A stretch of DNA of 64,000 nt from assembly GCA_023231475.1 (NCBI GenBank), contig JALJEE010000735.1, positions 1 through 64,000 on the forward strand. Reading direction: 5' to 3'. Of this stretch, positions 28,274 through 40,932 are shown one piece after another (position 1 is the stretch's first letter; each line of letters opens with the position of its first letter). A program made the translations under genes and the position numbers. This DNA is from Seison nebaliae (lineage: Eukaryota). The notes beneath the pieces are model-generated. The model was not told where the DNA came from, ran no database searches, and worked only from the letters and a program-made list of their open reading frames with translations.

Positions 28274-28529
28274 TAAATAAATTAATAACATGAAAATTTG
28301 AAGTTTCTTTAGATGGAAATGAAATGTTTGGAAGTTGGCTGTTACAGTGCTTATCAAAATGTTCAAATAAATTTGAAAGATGTGGAAGATGTAAGTATAA
28401 CAAAGAAAGTTCATTTGACATATGAAACATAAAATATTTAACATATGGTTTTGATGTAGATGTTGGAAGATTCGGAGACATATCTAAAGAAGTCGAAATT
28501 ACATCTTGAAACGAACATATATCAGAGAG
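28274..28529 (+). pseudogene. FTCD: 256-bp direct duplicate of the FTCD 3' end (26908-27163) with introns retained
   Basis: Colinear with no indels and about 11 substitutions by hand count; the FTCD stop TAG is changed to CAG; no upstream exons. Confidence 0.92.
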
Positions 28530-30250
28530 TATCGTATGGTTTCGCTGATACTTCAATCAATAGTTGAGTATATAATTTCTGATTATTTCGAGCAACTAAT
28601 CGATAACGAACACTACTTAATCCATCCCATTCTAATCGTTCGCGATCCGTTTGTAATAGTTTCAAACTAAATCGATTTTAACAGAATAAAAATATTTTAA
28701 TAATGAGAATACAAATAATAACTTGTAATCACCTAGAGGTGCTTTTCTTTTTTGATGAATTAACATATGATATTGGGCATAACTTGAAGATCGTTCGATA
28801 TTTAAATTATTTTCGTCTAAACGATAAAAGAAGTCGTCATCTAATTTCGGTTAGAACATTTATCATTAATTAAAAGTCATAGAGAAATAATGAACCCTCA
28901 GCACCCCAAGCCCAATATAAATTAGAGAATCCGTTTGCGTATAAAAAATGAATTGCTGGAACTACCAATACACCTCCAATTAATTCCTTATAAACTAATC
29001 TATTTTTGAAGTAATGAAAAAAAATGAAAATATATGTAACCTAACTTCATTCCTAAAGTATCTACTTCAACAGCAAGATGTTTTGGTTGATAACTACAAT
29101 TATAAACCAGGCGATCATCCAATGCAATCATATCAACATCATGGAATATAAAGCAATCAGACAATTGTAAATCATTTTCATGTTCATATTTCCAAATTTC
29201 TAAAAATCCTGCGTTCATTACAATTCCTTTATTAAATTCATGCTTTGATGTCTGATGACAAGGAAATTGAATGACATTTCTAAAAAAAAACTAAATAACT
29301 TGTTCACATACGTAAATTACATAGTTGATTTTATGTAAGGACAAAATGTAATGAAGGCGAAATAACAATTTTTTCAATTGATTGTTACGATTTCGATATG
29401 GAATTATTACTGCAACCTTGATAAAGATAAAGATTATTGAAAATTTCGAAAAATAAACTTTAGTTGGGGAAAAACAGTTTTTCGGTCTTCCTATACCCCA
29501 ATCAAAGTCATTTGTCTTGACAAATTGACTAGAAGTTACGTCTACTTTTTGTATTAAACTTCGATATTCAGTTTTTAATGCATTATGTCGTCTAAAACGC
29601 TTTGGATCACGAAAATATCGACGAAGTTCATTATATAAAATCGTTGGCAATATGTTATCTAAAAATCTTTGAAATATTTAAAGAAAATTGAAAAATAAGT
29701 AACATTTGGCAGATGTATTCATTTTACACATATTATAACTAAGAAATGCATTCACATCTTTTGAACGTTGCACATCACATGCACTTTTATTGTACGTGCA
29801 TCTCTCGAAATACGTTCTTAATCTTGAAACAGAACGTAACAAATTGAAGGAAAAATATCGTCGATCATCATCTCTCAATTCATCTAGAACAAATTTTTCG
29901 ATTGATGACAAATTCTTTTCGTACTCCGAAAGTAGTCGTTGAGTAAAGGTAAATCTTGATTCACTGTGACAAGCAATATTTATCAACCGCCAATCATTCA
30001 ATCTTTTATTAACATATCTCGATTGTGCTCGAATGAGATTATCATAAACCAATTGAGTTTTATTAAAGAATTGGAAACATATCCCAATTGAGGAACAACA
30101 GACAAAACATAACGCACTATAAAATATAAAGAGTGAGAAACATATTTTCTTCCGTCTTTCTTTTTCTTTTACTATTCAAAAAATTCAAATTACGTTAGAA
30201 GAAGTTATTTCAAAAAATAAACTTCTAAGTTTTGTATAATGAGGAACCAT
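28522..30250 (-). CDS. GT7-family beta-1,4-galactosyl/N-acetylgalactosaminyltransferase (8 exons)
   Basis: Type II TM anchor, VAVIIPYRNR, FNKGIVMNAGFLE, CFIFHDVDM, YKELIGGV, NGFSNLYWAWGAEDDDF, DGLSSVRY; 7 short GTT-AG introns; stop TGA at 28524-28522. Confidence 0.93.
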
Positions 30251-31389
30251 TGTTCTATTTTTTTACTCTATTGATGCTTGAAGTAAATTAAATAATCAGT
30301 ATGGACGTTGACACATACGTTGCTGGAAAAAACTTACGTTAATACCATATTTACGCTATGTACAATAAACGAAGTATATTAATAGTAAAGATAATAATGA
30401 TAGATAGGAAGATAAAGTATATTAAATAATAATAATAAGCATGTAAGAATTTTGGAACTTATTTTCAGTTATAAAATACTTTTCATCTTTTCAATGTTTT
30501 TTAAAAGAAATGTTCGAGAGATTATTTATGTTTATATAAAAAAAAAATTATCTATTTTCTCTTTATCTTCATCCAACATTGAATGTTTTATTATTTTTTC
30601 GATTAATATCTGATTAATATTTATTTTGATTTAGATGTTTCAATCATAGTGTTTTCCCTATCCTTATATTTTGGCACCTCATTTTATTCATTTCGGACAG
30701 TTCGTTATTCTCATATAAGGGTGCCGAAGCCACCGTATACCAGATGTTAAGATTAACATAATTTAACTAACAATGGTAAGTTTTTAATAAAATAAACTGT
30801 TTAGTTTAAAGAGAAACAAAATTCTCATAACGCATGCCACTGGATAGAGAAAACAAATTACTTGTGAAAACAGTAAAAATACAAAAAAATCTTAAATTTA
30901 CATATATTTTTTAAATTTTACTTCCTATAAGTTATCTCGTTTTCTTTTTAGTTTACACTGCGGGGATTTGTTGTATTAATAAAAAAATAAAATAAAATAA
31001 AATAAATCAGCCTTCATTAACGGCGTGTGGGGCAAATTAGGAAGACTTCATCATGATTATTTTATCACGTGTGTTTATTTATCCAAAATTATAGATTAAA
31101 TATTAAAGAAATAATGTAACAAAAAATTATTCAAAATTTTAGAATTATTAAGAGCTATTATTTTATTAATTTATTGGAGAACAGTGGAAATTTTATTGAA
31201 AAATTCGGCCAATTTCAATGAAAAAAATGACAAGGAGGTTGAGTAAGAAGTTCTGCAATTCTTCATTCTCAAATTTTCATCTTTTTCAATTTCTTTCTTA
31301 CGTTACACCCTTTTTTCTTACCTTATTTTTAAATAATTTATAATTAAACTCTTCTAAATTAAAAAATTTGGCAATTGAATTTTCAAAAG

Positions 31390-31943
31390 ATTCTTTTGAC
31401 GGATTATCGCAATTAATTAGATGTTTTAATAGGTTATTCTTCAATTCAACAAGAAAATTCGTTCACTATATTTTCAGTGAAAAAACTCAAAAAGTTGAAA
31501 AACTGAAATTTTTTCTTTGGAATTGTCCACATATTTGCGTACAAAAAATAGTCTAACATATGGTTATATCGGTTAATTATCTGAAAATAACAATACCTGG
31601 TATATTCTCAGTACTCAATGTAAAATATGATTGATGTGACTGAAGCTTCTTCATCGGAAGCCGGAAAGTTGTCATGAAATCATGTCATAGCATGATAGCG
31701 GGATTTCCGATGAAATTTTTGATGTTTCGCTGAAGGGTTATATGTTATGAGAGCGATGTTTCGCAAAAAGCAATAACATTTTGTTACTGGCTATTAAAGA
31801 ACAAGAGGTGTACTTCATACGAAGAAATGTTTAGTCAAATGAAAGAGCTTTTTTTAAACAATTTGTATATCGTTGTTCTAAATTTTTAAATTATTCTTTT
31901 AATGGATTATCGCAGTTAATTATATGCTGTAATCCGCTATTCT
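31390..31943 (+). repeat. Pair of diverged 51-nt direct repeats (31390-31440 and 31893-31943)
   Basis: attcttttgacggattatcgcaattaattagatgttttaataggttattct vs attcttttaatggattatcgcagttaattatatgctgtaatccgctattct. Confidence 0.65.
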
Positions 31944-32044
31944 GTCCTTTGAAAAGATTATTGACCGTTATGAAAACGTTTCTGCCCTATTGTACTCTAT
32001 CATCTTTGTCCTTGTTCATATGTATTATTCAGTTCTTTCTCTGA

Positions 32045-33195
32045 TTAAAAATACCACGGAATGGGTATATCATGCAGTAGTAAAACCACCATAATTTGCA
32101 CAAGAATGAAAACAGGTACACTAACAACAAACAGACCAAAACCAAACATACCAGTTGCAAAATAATAAGCTATAACCGTATAAGCTAGTGCAAGAATTTG
32201 GCTCCCCGCAGCGTATCTAACCCGTGCTCTATGATCTAATTGAAGTCTTGGCGGATGTTGAGCAGGTTCAGGAGGTTCCATTAAAGCTTTAAAATCTCTA
32301 AGTACTCTTCCAAGTAAGCCTTGAATATAACGTACTTTTTGTCTCCATTCTTCCATTTCGTTGTCTAAGCTGTAGCGGTCTAATAAATATATAAGAATAA
32401 ATAGCATTATCTAAAGTTAGCTAACTTGAACCCATATTGGTTCGGTCAAGTACATCTATTTTCAAGAGAATAGGTTATACTAATTTGAGAAAGATTAACA
32501 TTCTTCATCATTAAACTGCTTCCATTTACGATCAATTCCTAGGAGATAAAACACATAGAACAACTACTATAAATTTAATGTAAACTTTCAGCTTCATTTA
32601 TAATTTCCATTACTAAAAACAAAAATATGTATTAAAATATATAATTTTAATATAATCTCAAAAAAATACTATACTGCTAGAATCTTGAGCAGCATATTTA
32701 GCCATATCCTTAGGTCCTACTCCAAAGTGCTTACGAAGCGCTACAAAACAACATCCTTAGAATAATAAGTAGATTGAAATTTAACAATATATAAGGTACA
32801 TCATACATTCTTTTCCTTCTTGAAAATTTTTAAAAACGGGTCTCGGATCTTCAAGTTTCGGTATAAATGGAATACCCCCATTACAATAAGGACATGGAAC
32901 AAAGGGATATATTACATTCGGTGGTAAAGGCAGTATTTTAGACCGATGTTGAACCCAATTTTGGATACATTTAACACAAAATTTGTGGCGACATGGACTT
33001 ATTTGAAATAAAGGTTCTGGCTCTGGATTTTCACTAGTTGTCTCCCAGCAAATACTACAAATATCTTCTTCAGTAAATTGCGTTAATTTTCCGCATATCA
33101 ATATTTCTTCAGTTTTTTCTTCATAGTATTTAAAAGCTATTAATATGGAATTTTTATTAAATAATTCTTGATAATGAAATCTAACTTTCTTTCAT
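32045..33195 (-). CDS. C3HC4 RING-finger protein with C-terminal transmembrane helices (putative membrane E3 ligase); 5' end uncertain
   Basis: CSICWE...CRHKFCVKC...CPYC in ORF 32781-33101, linked through several small phase-1 exons to ORF 32045-32407, which ends in two hydrophobic helices. Confidence 0.7.
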
Positions 33196-34611
33196 AGAAC
33201 GATCCAGTTTACCTATAAAATTTCGAATTAATATCATTTAATTACACCCCTATTATTTCCTCCGTTATATATATCATGCTCCCTCGAAGTTTACGTAAAT
33301 TTTGTACATTTAGTGCAACATTTTATATATGCTTCAATTCTAATTTTTAATAAACGCAAGATTGTGCAGAGCAATCCAGGATTTAAACTCAGGTTACTTA
33401 GGCATTGAATTTGAATGGGATCTTCTTCAGTACCAGTTACTTGATAATAATTAAACGAACAAACCATATAGATCTTCAAGTAAATATTTGTTTCTATCTA
33501 ATTTATATAGGTAGGTATTTTTACAATAGTTCTCCACTAATTCGGTATCCCGGTAAGGTCTGCCCGCTCGGAAAGAACTAAGTGCACCTATTTAACGTCA
33601 AATAATAAATCCATTTGAACATAGTATTTACTAACGGTCGCAATCAAATGTTATATCTAAAGATGTTAATTTAAAAATAATTGTTATTCAAAATTATTAC
33701 AAATACAATAATTTTAACTGATTGACTCCGATGACAAGAATATGCTGAGGAAGAACAATACCAATTGACATACATCCATATCTTTTTATTAGATGTAAAT
33801 TCCTAAATTCCAGATAAAGTTTTGGATAATTGTATGTACTTTTCTAAATCAGGTTGGGAAGTTAAAGGGAAGGATATCAAATGAACTAGAATTAGAAGTA
33901 CAACTACAAAAGTAAAATAAACAAGAAAAAAAGAACGAAAATTAAAATACGAAATAATCAAGTTTTTGATTCCATACAATACTAATCATTAAATACAGTA
34001 AAAACTTAAAATAATGGCATACTTTTAAGGTTTTGTACAATAGATAATAAGTTCAGTTTTATTAGGTGTTTTTGTAATGTTGCATATCTTAAAATAACCC
34101 TATTTTTTATTTTAAATAGCGGTTAAGTTTATTGTAATAAACACCATTGAAAAAAATAAATGTACAACTGAAGTAATAATTTTCAAGCATTTTATAGAGT
34201 AAAATGTACATCTATTTGAGTGAATTCGAAGGTGCACAGATTTTTTAAAAATTATGTACGAAGAACAAAATAAAACGAAAACATAAAAATCTAAAAGTTT
34301 CAGTAAATATTAACGATATCATCGAGGAAATTGTAATGTACATTTTTTTCGGAATATTTGATAGTAAAGTACTTTCTTTTATGATGATATTAACCAATTG
34401 CTGGAAAATGTTCGTCAATATTTATTATAAATAAAATGAATCGTAATTGCCATTGTAAGATAAGCGCGTTTATTTAGAGTTTATATTTCAATATTATAAA
34501 AAACATTTATTTATGAAAAAAATAAAATAAAAAAATGTTAATATCTTTTCAATAGGTTTATCGATATAAGAGTATTGTAATATAATGTCGTAAAGTGTTA
34601 TAGTATTCTAA

Positions 34612-36354
34612 TTATTGAAGTAATAAGAGTAAAATTGAAGAAGCTAATTTGGATCGATTTGAAGATGTCACATGATGGACATCAGATAAATGTTGCGTAA
34701 AATTATCGTGAACATCATTTAATGATTGAGTAGAGTTATGAAAGAGATGACCGTCACATAGGGGACATACCACGCTATTTATTCCACTGGAAATGTTGGT
34801 AAACTGTATTGATCGAGTATCTGATGGTAACATGTTAGACGTTCGATTAGGATTATTTTTGCAATGGAAATTTATGTGGTTTTCTATCCGTCGTACATTA
34901 GCGTCAACTATTGAGAGATTAGAATTGGTAGTAGGAGGAATCATCACATCTTCTTTACAAAGTGGGCAAGTCAATTTTATCATTTCATTCGTCGTCGAGT
35001 TAATTGAGGAAGATGATAAAGTTGGTGATGGAATGCAATTCATAAGAGAACTAGAAAAACGATTTATGATATTAGTTTTATTTTCACCATTTTTACTATT
35101 CATTAATGTTGGTGGATTGGATTGAGATGAATAAATTGAATTTAAATTGGTAGAGGATTTATTTGCAGTGGTTGTCATGGTAACAGGATCACTCTTACTT
35201 CCTGAATTCTGATATGATTGTAAACATAATAACAATTGCACTAAAGCATTCTGATCAATCGATTCATTTTGTTTACTTGTTATATTGGGATTGGGTACTG
35301 CAGTATCAATATCCTTAATATTTTTCAATGACGTTTCATTTGAATGACTAAGATTATTCTCATTAGCTGAACTACTTTTTTGATTAAAAGCATTACTTCG
35401 GAAAACTTCATCTTGAATAGTTTTATGCAACAAATTTGCAATATGTGATGAATTTCCATTTTTAGATTGATCAGAATTTAACTTCATCGAATTATTCTGC
35501 CTATCGTTGAATGATGCCTTACCGTTGTTAGATGATCTGTGGTATTTCTTCATCAAACTTTCATTGACAGTAGAGTTATTGTTGTTGTTTATTAGTTTCA
35601 TTGGGGAATTAGACATGTAGTTGGATGATTGATTCAATTTTTTATTATAAGTCGTTGGATTTAATGTTTTATTGACCATCGCCTGTAATTGACAAAGAAC
35701 ATTTTGTTGTTTTGTCGGTTGTAAATTTTGATCGGAAACATTCACATTTACAATCGATGATTTGCTAGATGTTGATGAATTGTCTTTATATTCTGTTGAT
35801 AGAAAGCAATCAGTTAAGTTAGTCAATGCATTAATTGGATGTTGACTATTTGATCTGTCATCCGATTTCAAAGGAGATATATTGCAGATACCTTTGTTCT
35901 TCAATTGTTCTCCATCATCCATCTTCCTTCCAAATTTCTCAAAATCTAATATTAATGGTGAATTCCTTTCGCTATGAATCTTTCTAATTTTGCTTTCATT
36001 AATTAACGGCTCACTATTCTTTTCGTTATACGACAATCGTCGCTTATTCTTCTTTTCATTTTCATGAAAATTAAATTTAGATTTCAGATTATTTTCCGAC
36101 TTAATATTCTCTTTATTGAGGTCTAGCGATTTGGAGGTTGTAATAGTACCACAACTTCCATGGGAAGATGTACTGTCATTATCATTCATTTGTTGTATAA
36201 CATTTTCATTCATATTATCCATTTGTGTTTGTAACTTGTTCATTTGATCTTTCACTATCTTACTGTTTAGTGATTCCATGTTGAATAAGAATTTTTTGCT
36301 GCTGCGTTCAATCGCTTTCGTCATATGTAATGTCACACCGTTTAACAATTCCAT
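34612..36354 (-). CDS. 580-aa Asn/Ser-rich protein with two widely spaced C-terminal C2H2-like zinc fingers (putative transcription regulator)
   Basis: Single ORF; CPLC...HINFH and CPLC...HLSDVH; basic NLS-like KKNKRR; long upstream non-coding region. Confidence 0.7.
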   Translation of the reverse strand: MELLNGVTLHMTKAIERSSKKFLFNMESLNSKIVKDQMNKLQTQMDNMNENVIQQMNDNDSTSSHGSCGTITTSKSLDLNKENIKSENNLKSKFNFHENEKKNKRRLSYNEKNSEPLINESKIRKIHSERNSPLILDFEKFGRKMDDGEQLKNKGICNISPLKSDDRSNSQHPINALTNLTDCFLSTEYKDNSSTSSKSSIVNVNVSDQNLQPTKQQNVLCQLQAMVNKTLNPTTYNKKLNQSSNYMSNSPMKLINNNNNSTVNESLMKKYHRSSNNGKASFNDRQNNSMKLNSDQSKNGNSSHIANLLHKTIQDEVFRSNAFNQKSSSANENNLSHSNETSLKNIKDIDTAVPNPNITSKQNESIDQNALVQLLLCLQSYQNSGSKSDPVTMTTTANKSSTNLNSIYSSQSNPPTLMNSKNGENKTNIINRFSSSLMNCIPSPTLSSSSINSTTNEMIKLTCPLCKEDVMIPPTTNSNLSIVDANVRRIENHINFHCKNNPNRTSNMLPSDTRSIQFTNISSGINSVVCPLCDGHLFHNSTQSLNDVHDNFTQHLSDVHHVTSSNRSKLASSILLLLLQ

Positions 36355-39300
36355 AAATTAATTTCGAGAATATAAATCTTCGTAATAAGTGAAAATTAGA
36401 TAGAATATATAAAAATATTTATATCTGATATAACAATAAATCAGATAAATGAAAAAGAGAATGGTGAGTGGAACGAAATGTCTAAAAGAAGAATAAGTTT
36501 TGGGGGAAATATGATAGAAAACATAAAGAATTAATCTCGTGAGTAATAAAATTAAAAGGAAAAGAAGAAAAAGAATAAATTTCAAGAATTGACAAAGCAA
36601 TGTCAAAACGACTGACAGGAGAATGAAAAATGACTCAATTGTCGTTAGAATCTTGATTTTCTGATTAATTTATTAAGTGATCTATAGCTCCTGTCAGAGA
36701 GGCAACTATAATCATTTTAAATATACCAACGATTTCTTCTTATAAACTTTCACTAATGTCCCATTCACTAATTCGTCGTATGATTGAAACTCCGTAAACT
36801 TTCCCAATACTCAAACTAGAAATTTTAACAAAGAATAAATGTCGAGAACCAAACTTCATTAATTTTCTTATTGTCAAAATTAACAACTAAGTATGTCACT
36901 TAATATGTTCATCTGCTCTTGAAAGAAGACGAGATAAGAGTAATTGACATCTTCCTAATTTATTACAAGTCATTGACATTTCCTTCTTTATCATGCTGCT
37001 ATTTCACAATTCTCACTCAAAAAATCTATAGTCAAATTTCCGACATTCATAAACTTTCACTGCTTTATGTTTATCGAGAATAATTTGAATGATATTCAAT
37101 GACCAATCTGTCAAATAATATAATTTTTGTTTGTTACATAATAATATGACATTTACTGTTCTTACAACGAAAGAGATGAAAAGAAATGAAATATATAAAA
37201 TCTAAAAGAAGAATCTAAACAAATTTTTAGAGATATAAATTTGTTCAATTCGGTTTTGAGCGACAAATCGCTTTTCCTGTAATAATAATAAAATTTTCAG
37301 AAATGAATGAAACTGCTGAAGAGAATGAAGGAGAAATGGAAAAGAAATTTGTTTCGAATCCAAATCATCTGACGATTTGTGGATGATGAATGATTAAATT
37401 CACAACAATCTGTTAATGTTGAAATATATCAAGTTTTATTTACGATTATTGGAGAGGTGTCGATATATGTTTGTATATAAAGGAAAGACGTTCTTCCCTC
37501 ATACATCATTTCAGAAATTGCGGCATGTCATAAACATTATTGTCATTTTACTTTTGTTATGCTGATTACAGTAACTGAAGATGGGTGATGAAATGTCGGC
37601 AATTGGAAGGGTGGCATCGAACACCCGCTAATACAGAATTTTTAGACGTCATTACTCTCATTGCATTTGATTTATTACCTGTCTCCTATTTGCAGAATCA
37701 TTATTTATTCTCTACCTTTCGTTATCCACGAAGGTGAATAAGAAAAGAAATTTTTACGATGATGATAATTGAGATAGTGCATAGTTCGTATTTTGAATGA
37801 CGACTGACGAAATGGATAGAATGCAAAATTGAAAATATAAACAATAACTTGCCAATAGATCAATCATTCTATAATGAAAGAGAAAGACGAGAACTGAAAT
37901 GAGATTTATGTTGATTAAATGAAAACCGATTTACGAAATGGATGTGACTTCCTATTAAAGAAATGGATAACAGGTTCGATGTTTACACTCAAATGATTTG
38001 AAATGATAGAAAAAGATTAAATTCAATTAATTTTTTGACAGTTTTCACTAATTTTCCAACAATAATATCGCAACACTTAACAATAAATTCTCCCCATTGT
38101 TCTATTGATATTAGTTATGTGAAATTTTTCCTGAAAAGATGACGAACCACATTTACCAATTTTATCGATGGCTTTAATTGATGGATATTAGTCAAAAGAT
38201 TAATGAATCAGATAACGAATTACTAAAGAATTATATATTAATGAATATATACAAATACATCTTCGAATGAAGACAAACATCGTTAAATGTTAAGATAATC
38301 TATACTTTACTCCACATATGTACCTTGTCCAATACAAGCCAAACCAATTTCTTTTTGGATTCTCGAAAATGGCTAATTTCATTCTTACTGTATTATTATT
38401 AAAATTGAATTTAAAAATAACTAAATTAAAGATCGAATAAATTTAATTAAATTAAAACGGCACATTCTTCTCTCACTATTATAAAAGTTTTCTATAACTC
38501 CATTGTCGTTAAGGTTCTTCACTAATCATTAGTTTCGAATCATCGACTTTTCTTCACCATATATAAACTTTCTCAAAAAAGTGACTAAACGGCAATTTTC
38601 TCTAACACATTTTACTTTACAGAAAATTCCCCAGATTGTTCCAATATAGAAGTTTCATCAGCCTACTGTCAATTAAATGGAAAGATGTCAGAATTGTTGA
38701 CAAAATATTTTATTAGACTTTAAAAACTTGTATAGATTCTTATCAACATTTTTAAAATAAATTTATTATATAACTTGATATCATTTGCAGACAAAATTTA
38801 TGCATAATGTCGTAATGTGCAAAAAGACGTATTAAGATGTATATTCATAAAAATTGTTACTTTTTTAGAAAATTTAATTTAGACTCTGAAAAAGAGTGGG
38901 AACATTAATTTCAAATGAGATGTATTCATTGTCTAGTTTAGAAAATAATCAGTGTCATTCGAATACGAGAAATTCCTGAGAAAAACGCCAATAAATTTTT
39001 TCGTGCAACAAAATGAGTCGTCTTGACGAGAACTTTCGGGAAATTTTAATATGAAGAGTTTTCTCAAACGTTTATGAGAAGTTTTCTTTGTTGTTCTTTT
39101 CTTTTTCAAATAAAAATACTGACTTTTGGACATGGGAAATATTTGGGAATGGAAGAAAAATTTTAAGCACATTTGCATTGAATTTCACTTAAACTAACAT
39201 GTAATGAAGAGAATAGACAAGAGTGTTTTACGCCATGTGTCAAATCTTTGTCACATTTCTTTCATGGCAATGTTCGACACCGCTTTGATGATAAGTATCA

Positions 39301-40694
39301 TTTGATTTGAACGAAAATTTATGTTTATACATTTGCACTCTCCCATACACATAGACACATCTCATAACATGTACATATAATTTAAGCATGCTAACAGTTC
39401 CGATGATACCAATAAAAGAGATATAATCATAAAGAATTAATGGAGATTATTTATTCGTCGTATTCATTTTCAGCCACCTCTCTAGTAATGTCTAATCAGT
39501 TTTCGAAGAGATAACATCTAATTGAGAAATATTAAATAATTAATTAACATAAATATTTGTGCACATTCATCGACATCGAGTTACGTAGTAGTTAAAATAA
39601 GACATATCTTCCTGTTGTCAATTCTGACACTTTTCTCAAATGATTGCACATCAAATCATTCTATGAGCATTATTCTAAATGGATCAATTGACTCCAATTG
39701 AATGGAATAAGTGAGCCGGATAAAAGAAGGAATAGAATGAAAGGGAGAGGAAAGAATATGACAAAGATGCACGAAAATTGGAAATGTTTCACAGATCGAA
39801 CGACTAACTGACTGAGATGATTTGGGAAGGAGAGATGGAAAATTGAATAATAGGATGTGAAGATGATGATCGATAAGTTTTTAAGTTGAACATTCAATTT
39901 GTGTTAAAGAATTTTTGTTAAAGAATGAAGGAATATAATTCAACATATTCAACATAACTTACATAGTTAATGGAAATATATTTGATTGATGCAAATGAAA
40001 GGAAAATGATAAATCTAATTCATCATCATATTTCGACATTGTCAATCATTACCTCACGTTGGAACATGAAATAATGAAGAAAAATAACAGAATAACATTT
40101 GATATTTGACGACTGACATTTACGTCACTGGCATTTCTGATAGGCGATGAAACATTTTGATTGAAGTCGATTGAAAAGGATTGGCAGTTTCTCAATAATT
40201 CTAAGTGATTGGTTTGAGAGGTCGAAAAATAATTTTCTATTTTAATTGAATCAACAAACTCTCTAACATTCTTCTTCCATTAAATGATACTGACCATCAT
40301 AATTATTGTAGTCTGTGAAACTTTCCTATTGACTAGTACAACAAACAAGAAACGTGGTAAAGAAACGAAACGGAGACAGCATTCGAAATGAACCATATTA
40401 AAAATAAGAAAATTGAATAGATGAGAGTAGAAAGTGAATACAAAACTGACAGTAATAGTTTTTAGCGTTTTGATTGACGAGCGTCCGCTAACTTGATTGA
40501 TGAATTCTATATGTACTTCATTCATTATCGTTAATGTTTCTTCCCACCTTCAACCAATTCTTCACTAACTTAAATTCGTTTTCGATTTCATTCAACACTC
40601 AATTCTATCGTTTTAAAATAATCAATTATCCCACACTTTCACCATCCTCCTCACCAGTTAACAGTTTTTAATGATATATGATGTAACTTTGATT

Positions 40695-40932
40695 GGGGGA
40701 CAGTTCTACTCCTTTACGAGTTCTACTCCCTGGTAAAGGAAAAACGGGTAAATCTACTCCTTCTACACCGGACAGTTCTACCCTTTTTTCGAAATATTCC
40801 TACAGTTTTACTCCTTTTTCTAAAAAATTCGGACAGTTCTACTCCTTCTTTTACTCCCGTTTTTAAGGGATTCTATCTGTCCGTTTTTTTCCAGTTTAGG
40901 TGTAGAAATTCGAAGGAGTAGAACTGTCCGGG
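40695..40932. mobile_element. Small MITE-like element with 17-bp inverted termini and internal repeats of GGACAGTTCTACTCC
   Basis: ggacagttctactcctt (40698-40714) is the exact reverse complement of 40913-40929; further full or partial copies near 40720, 40753, 40770, 40803 and 40831. Confidence 0.7.

Noticed and set aside
28163..28556. Minus-strand ORFs of 93 and 104 aa
   Set aside because: Antisense readings of the duplicated FTCD fragment and MITE end; no independent coding signal.
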